A DNA stretch of 28,254 nt, taken from NCBI GenBank assembly GCA_014384665.1, contig JACNFI010000095.1:1-28254 (forward strand). The letters are read 5' to 3'. A model generated the notes under the pieces. It was given only the letters and a program-made list of their open reading frames with translations, was not told the DNA's origin and searched no databases. Positions 26,303-28,254 of this stretch are shown piece by piece. Source of the stretch: Candidatus Cloacimonadota bacterium (GTDB lineage: Bacteria > Cloacimonadota > Cloacimonadia > JGIOTU-2). Each line of letters opens with the position of its first letter. Within the stretch, counting starts at the first letter, position 1. The translations under genes and the position numbers were made by a program.

Positions 26303-27247
26303 ATGAAATTTTCTGAAAGTATTCAAAAACTTGATAGAAGATATATTTATATAGTTGTTGCACTTGCTGTCATTATTCCATTGATATTTCCACTTGGTTT
26401 AAAAACATATCTTACTACTCCTGTGGAAGACCTTTATAAACATATTGATGAAATTGCAGGTCGTGATGATATGGCAATTTTAATTGATTTTGCCCAAAGT
26501 CCATCTACTATGCCAGAATTGTATCCAATGGATATAGCAATCTTAAGGCATTGTTTTCAAAGAAGAATAAAGGTCTTTACCATAGCATATTTTCCTCAAG
26601 GAGCTGCAATTGTGGAAATGGCATTGGCTGAAGTTAAAGAGGATTTTCCTGAGATAAAACAAGATGTAGATTATTGCAACTTCGGATATAAATCTGGTTA
26701 TATGTTTTTGCCAATTGTTCTTGGAATGGGTGATGATATTGCAAAAGCTGTGGAAACAAACAGTGAAGGAAATATGCTTGAAAATCTTCCTATAATGGAA
26801 AAAATTAAGAATTATGATAACATTCAGGTAATTATTGAAATAACTGGTTCGACACCTGGTATTTCGTATATTACTTACGCAAGAGGAAGATTTGGAGTAG
26901 ATGTAGCTGTAGGTGTTACAGCCGTTTCTGCTGCAGATGTATATCCTTATTTGCAGACAGGACAATTGATAGGAAGTCTTGGTGGGTTAAAAGGCGCCGC
27001 AGAATACGAAGAATTGGTGCAAACCTTTGCTATGCAAAATCTTGACTATAGTAAAAAAAACGCAAGTGATGTTGATTGGAGAGAGAAACAATATTCACTA
27101 TCAAGTGTTCCATATAAATATAAGAAAGCAAGAGTTGGTATGGATACTCAAGCAGTAGTTCATGTATTAATAATTCTGTTTATTGTAATTGGAAATATTG
27201 GATATTTTATTGAAAAAAGAACTGAAAAACATAAGTATGTTAAATAA
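26303..27247 (+). CDS. bitopic membrane protein with a large extracytoplasmic domain between N- and C-terminal TM helices, unknown family
   Basis: The 314-aa translation has an RBS (TAAGGAGAAGAAA). The N-terminal TM is YIYIVVALAVIIPLIFPL and the C-terminal TM is AVVHVLIILFIVIGNIGYF. No catalytic motif is recognised. Confidence 0.65.
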   Translation: MKFSESIQKLDRRYIYIVVALAVIIPLIFPLGLKTYLTTPVEDLYKHIDEIAGRDDMAILIDFAQSPSTMPELYPMDIAILRHCFQRRIKVFTIAYFPQGAAIVEMALAEVKEDFPEIKQDVDYCNFGYKSGYMFLPIVLGMGDDIAKAVETNSEGNMLENLPIMEKIKNYDNIQVIIEITGSTPGISYITYARGRFGVDVAVGVTAVSAADVYPYLQTGQLIGSLGGLKGAAEYEELVQTFAMQNLDYSKKNASDVDWREKQYSLSSVPYKYKKARVGMDTQAVVHVLIILFIVIGNIGYFIEKRTEKHKYVK

Positions 27248-27248
27248 A

Positions 27249-27459
27249 GCCACGAATTCACCCCGTTAGATGCTATTACCCAGTTAGATGATTGCTATTT
27301 AATGGAATGTTATCTAACGGGGCAAGCACTAACTATCACGAACAAAAATTTTATTATATAATAAAGAGTTAGTGCTTGTTCGTGTTTACCCCGTGAAATA
27401 ATGCTTTGCATTAAAATCTCTGATTTTATTTCACGGGGTGAAGTTGGTGGCGGATAATT
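27249..27459. repeat. composite palindromic element bounded by inverted 18-mers GCCACGAATTCACCCCGT / ACGGGGTGAAGTTGGTGGC
   Basis: It contains the hairpin CCCCGTTAGAT…ATCTAACGGGG (27262-27323). It has interleaved inverted repeats AGCACTAACT/AGTTAGTGCT and CACGAACA/TGTTCGTG, with pseudoknot-like topology. It also has the hairpin TTTACCCCGTGAAATAA…TTATTTCACGGGGTG (27385-27440). The 3' half equals the 14789 leader motif plus an inserted hairpin. Confidence 0.6.
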
Positions 27460-27472
27460 TATTGGAGGATAA

Positions 27473-28072
27473 ATGACTGAAATTATTGGAATCTGGATAG
27501 CGGCATTTCTTACTTTATGTATGTTTTCGTTTTTATACAAAGAAAACCCTTTTTATAGATTTGCGGAGCACCTTTTTGTTGGATGTTCTATGGGATATTT
27601 TATTCCTTATACTTATTATAATGTTTTTATTCCTTATACTTATAATCCTTTATTCCTAAGAAAGGAGTATATTCTTATTATACCATTTATTATTGGTCTT
27701 TTGTACTGGTTAAGATTTTCTGGTAAGTATAGCTGGCTTAGTAGATATCCTATTGCATTCGGTTTAGGTATTGTTGGAATGGGTGTTCCAATGTCTATGC
27801 ATGCAAGTGTGCTTGTGCAGATGAGAAGTATGATGTTGCCTTTAGATAATATAAATATCATCCTAATTTTTATTGGAACTATTACCATACTTCTTTATTT
27901 CTTTTTCTCAAAAGCTCATACAGGTATTTATGGGAGATTTACTTCTATTGGAATATGGTTTATGATGGTAGGATTCGGTGCTTCTTTTGGATATACTGTA
28001 ATGGCTCGTATTTCTCTGCTCATTGGAAGAGTACAGTTTCTTCTTGAGGAGTGGTTGCATATTATTAAATAG
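27473..28072 (+). CDS. polytopic membrane protein (about 5-6 TM), unknown family
   Basis: The 199-aa hydrophobic ORF has an RBS (TGGAGGATAAATG). It carries an aromatic-rich loop FIPYTYYNVFIPYTYNP. It is the last gene of a same-strand run of four membrane proteins. Confidence 0.6.
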   Translation: MTEIIGIWIAAFLTLCMFSFLYKENPFYRFAEHLFVGCSMGYFIPYTYYNVFIPYTYNPLFLRKEYILIIPFIIGLLYWLRFSGKYSWLSRYPIAFGLGIVGMGVPMSMHASVLVQMRSMMLPLDNINIILIFIGTITILLYFFFSKAHTGIYGRFTSIGIWFMMVGFGASFGYTVMARISLLIGRVQFLLEEWLHIIK

Positions 28073-28254
28073 ATTTATAGAAACATACAGCACAAGGGTA
28101 TCTCAGGAATTTTCATTCAGTTTTGCCTTTGTGCTTTTTATTAAATAAACGAACAAATAATATAAAACATACACCACCGTGAATACGAAAGCAAAAGCTT
28201 ATGAAACATTCATGTCCCGAAAAAATTCGTGACACCCCATTAAATAGGAAAAGA

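Overview
This is an AT-rich bacterial chromosomal segment, roughly one-third GC by eye. Most genes have AGGAGG-type ribosome-binding sites (RBS). The 1299-aa C25 (gingipain-like) peptidase ends in a type IX secretion system (T9SS) C-terminal sorting domain (CTD), which points to the Fibrobacterota-Chlorobiota-Bacteroidota (FCB) superphylum, possibly an uncultivated lineage. I cannot place it more precisely from sequence alone.

The backbone is housekeeping. On the minus strand: split hldE (heptose kinase and adenylyltransferase), purF, plsY and der. On the plus strand: nadK, pgsA, rpsT, the C25/T9SS peptidase, an acyl-CoA (methylmalonyl-CoA-type) mutase catalytic subunit, an SPFH/band-7 protein, leuC, an M23 peptidase and leuD. 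Accessory insertions are overlaid on this backbone. No rRNA, tRNA or CRISPR array is visible.

The non-standard signals are:
- Three consecutive cargo insertions, each bracketed by diverged direct duplications of the 3' tail of the upstream housekeeping gene (SPFH, a secreted protein, leuD). This forms an integron-like 'gene-tail cassette' architecture with no recombinase in view. The cargo genes are a GC-rich bioY, a 100-aa acidic ORF, and a DUF104-like orphan antitoxin followed by a decayed MNT-HEPN module. In the leuD case each cargo gene is preceded by the same 'tail + hairpin + degenerate tail' boundary module.
- A family of GC-rich mini-hairpins (CCCCGTG…CACGGGG, GGGCGTNAACGCCC, CCCCCGA…TCGGGGG). 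In two cases the hairpin is present in one paralogous sequence context and absent in the other, which suggests nested mobile hairpin elements.
- Two related MITE-like palindromic elements bracketing a small membrane ORF upstream of rpsT. One is 201 bp with perfect 18-bp terminal inverted repeats (TIRs).
- A conserved leader motif immediately upstream of two membrane-protein genes.
- A four-gene cluster (22798-28072) of membrane proteins I cannot assign to any family: a 935-aa FN3-like surface protein plus three multi-pass membrane proteins. It is a candidate uncharacterised envelope system.

All calls rest on reading the translated ORFs and the raw sequence; no database searches were run.
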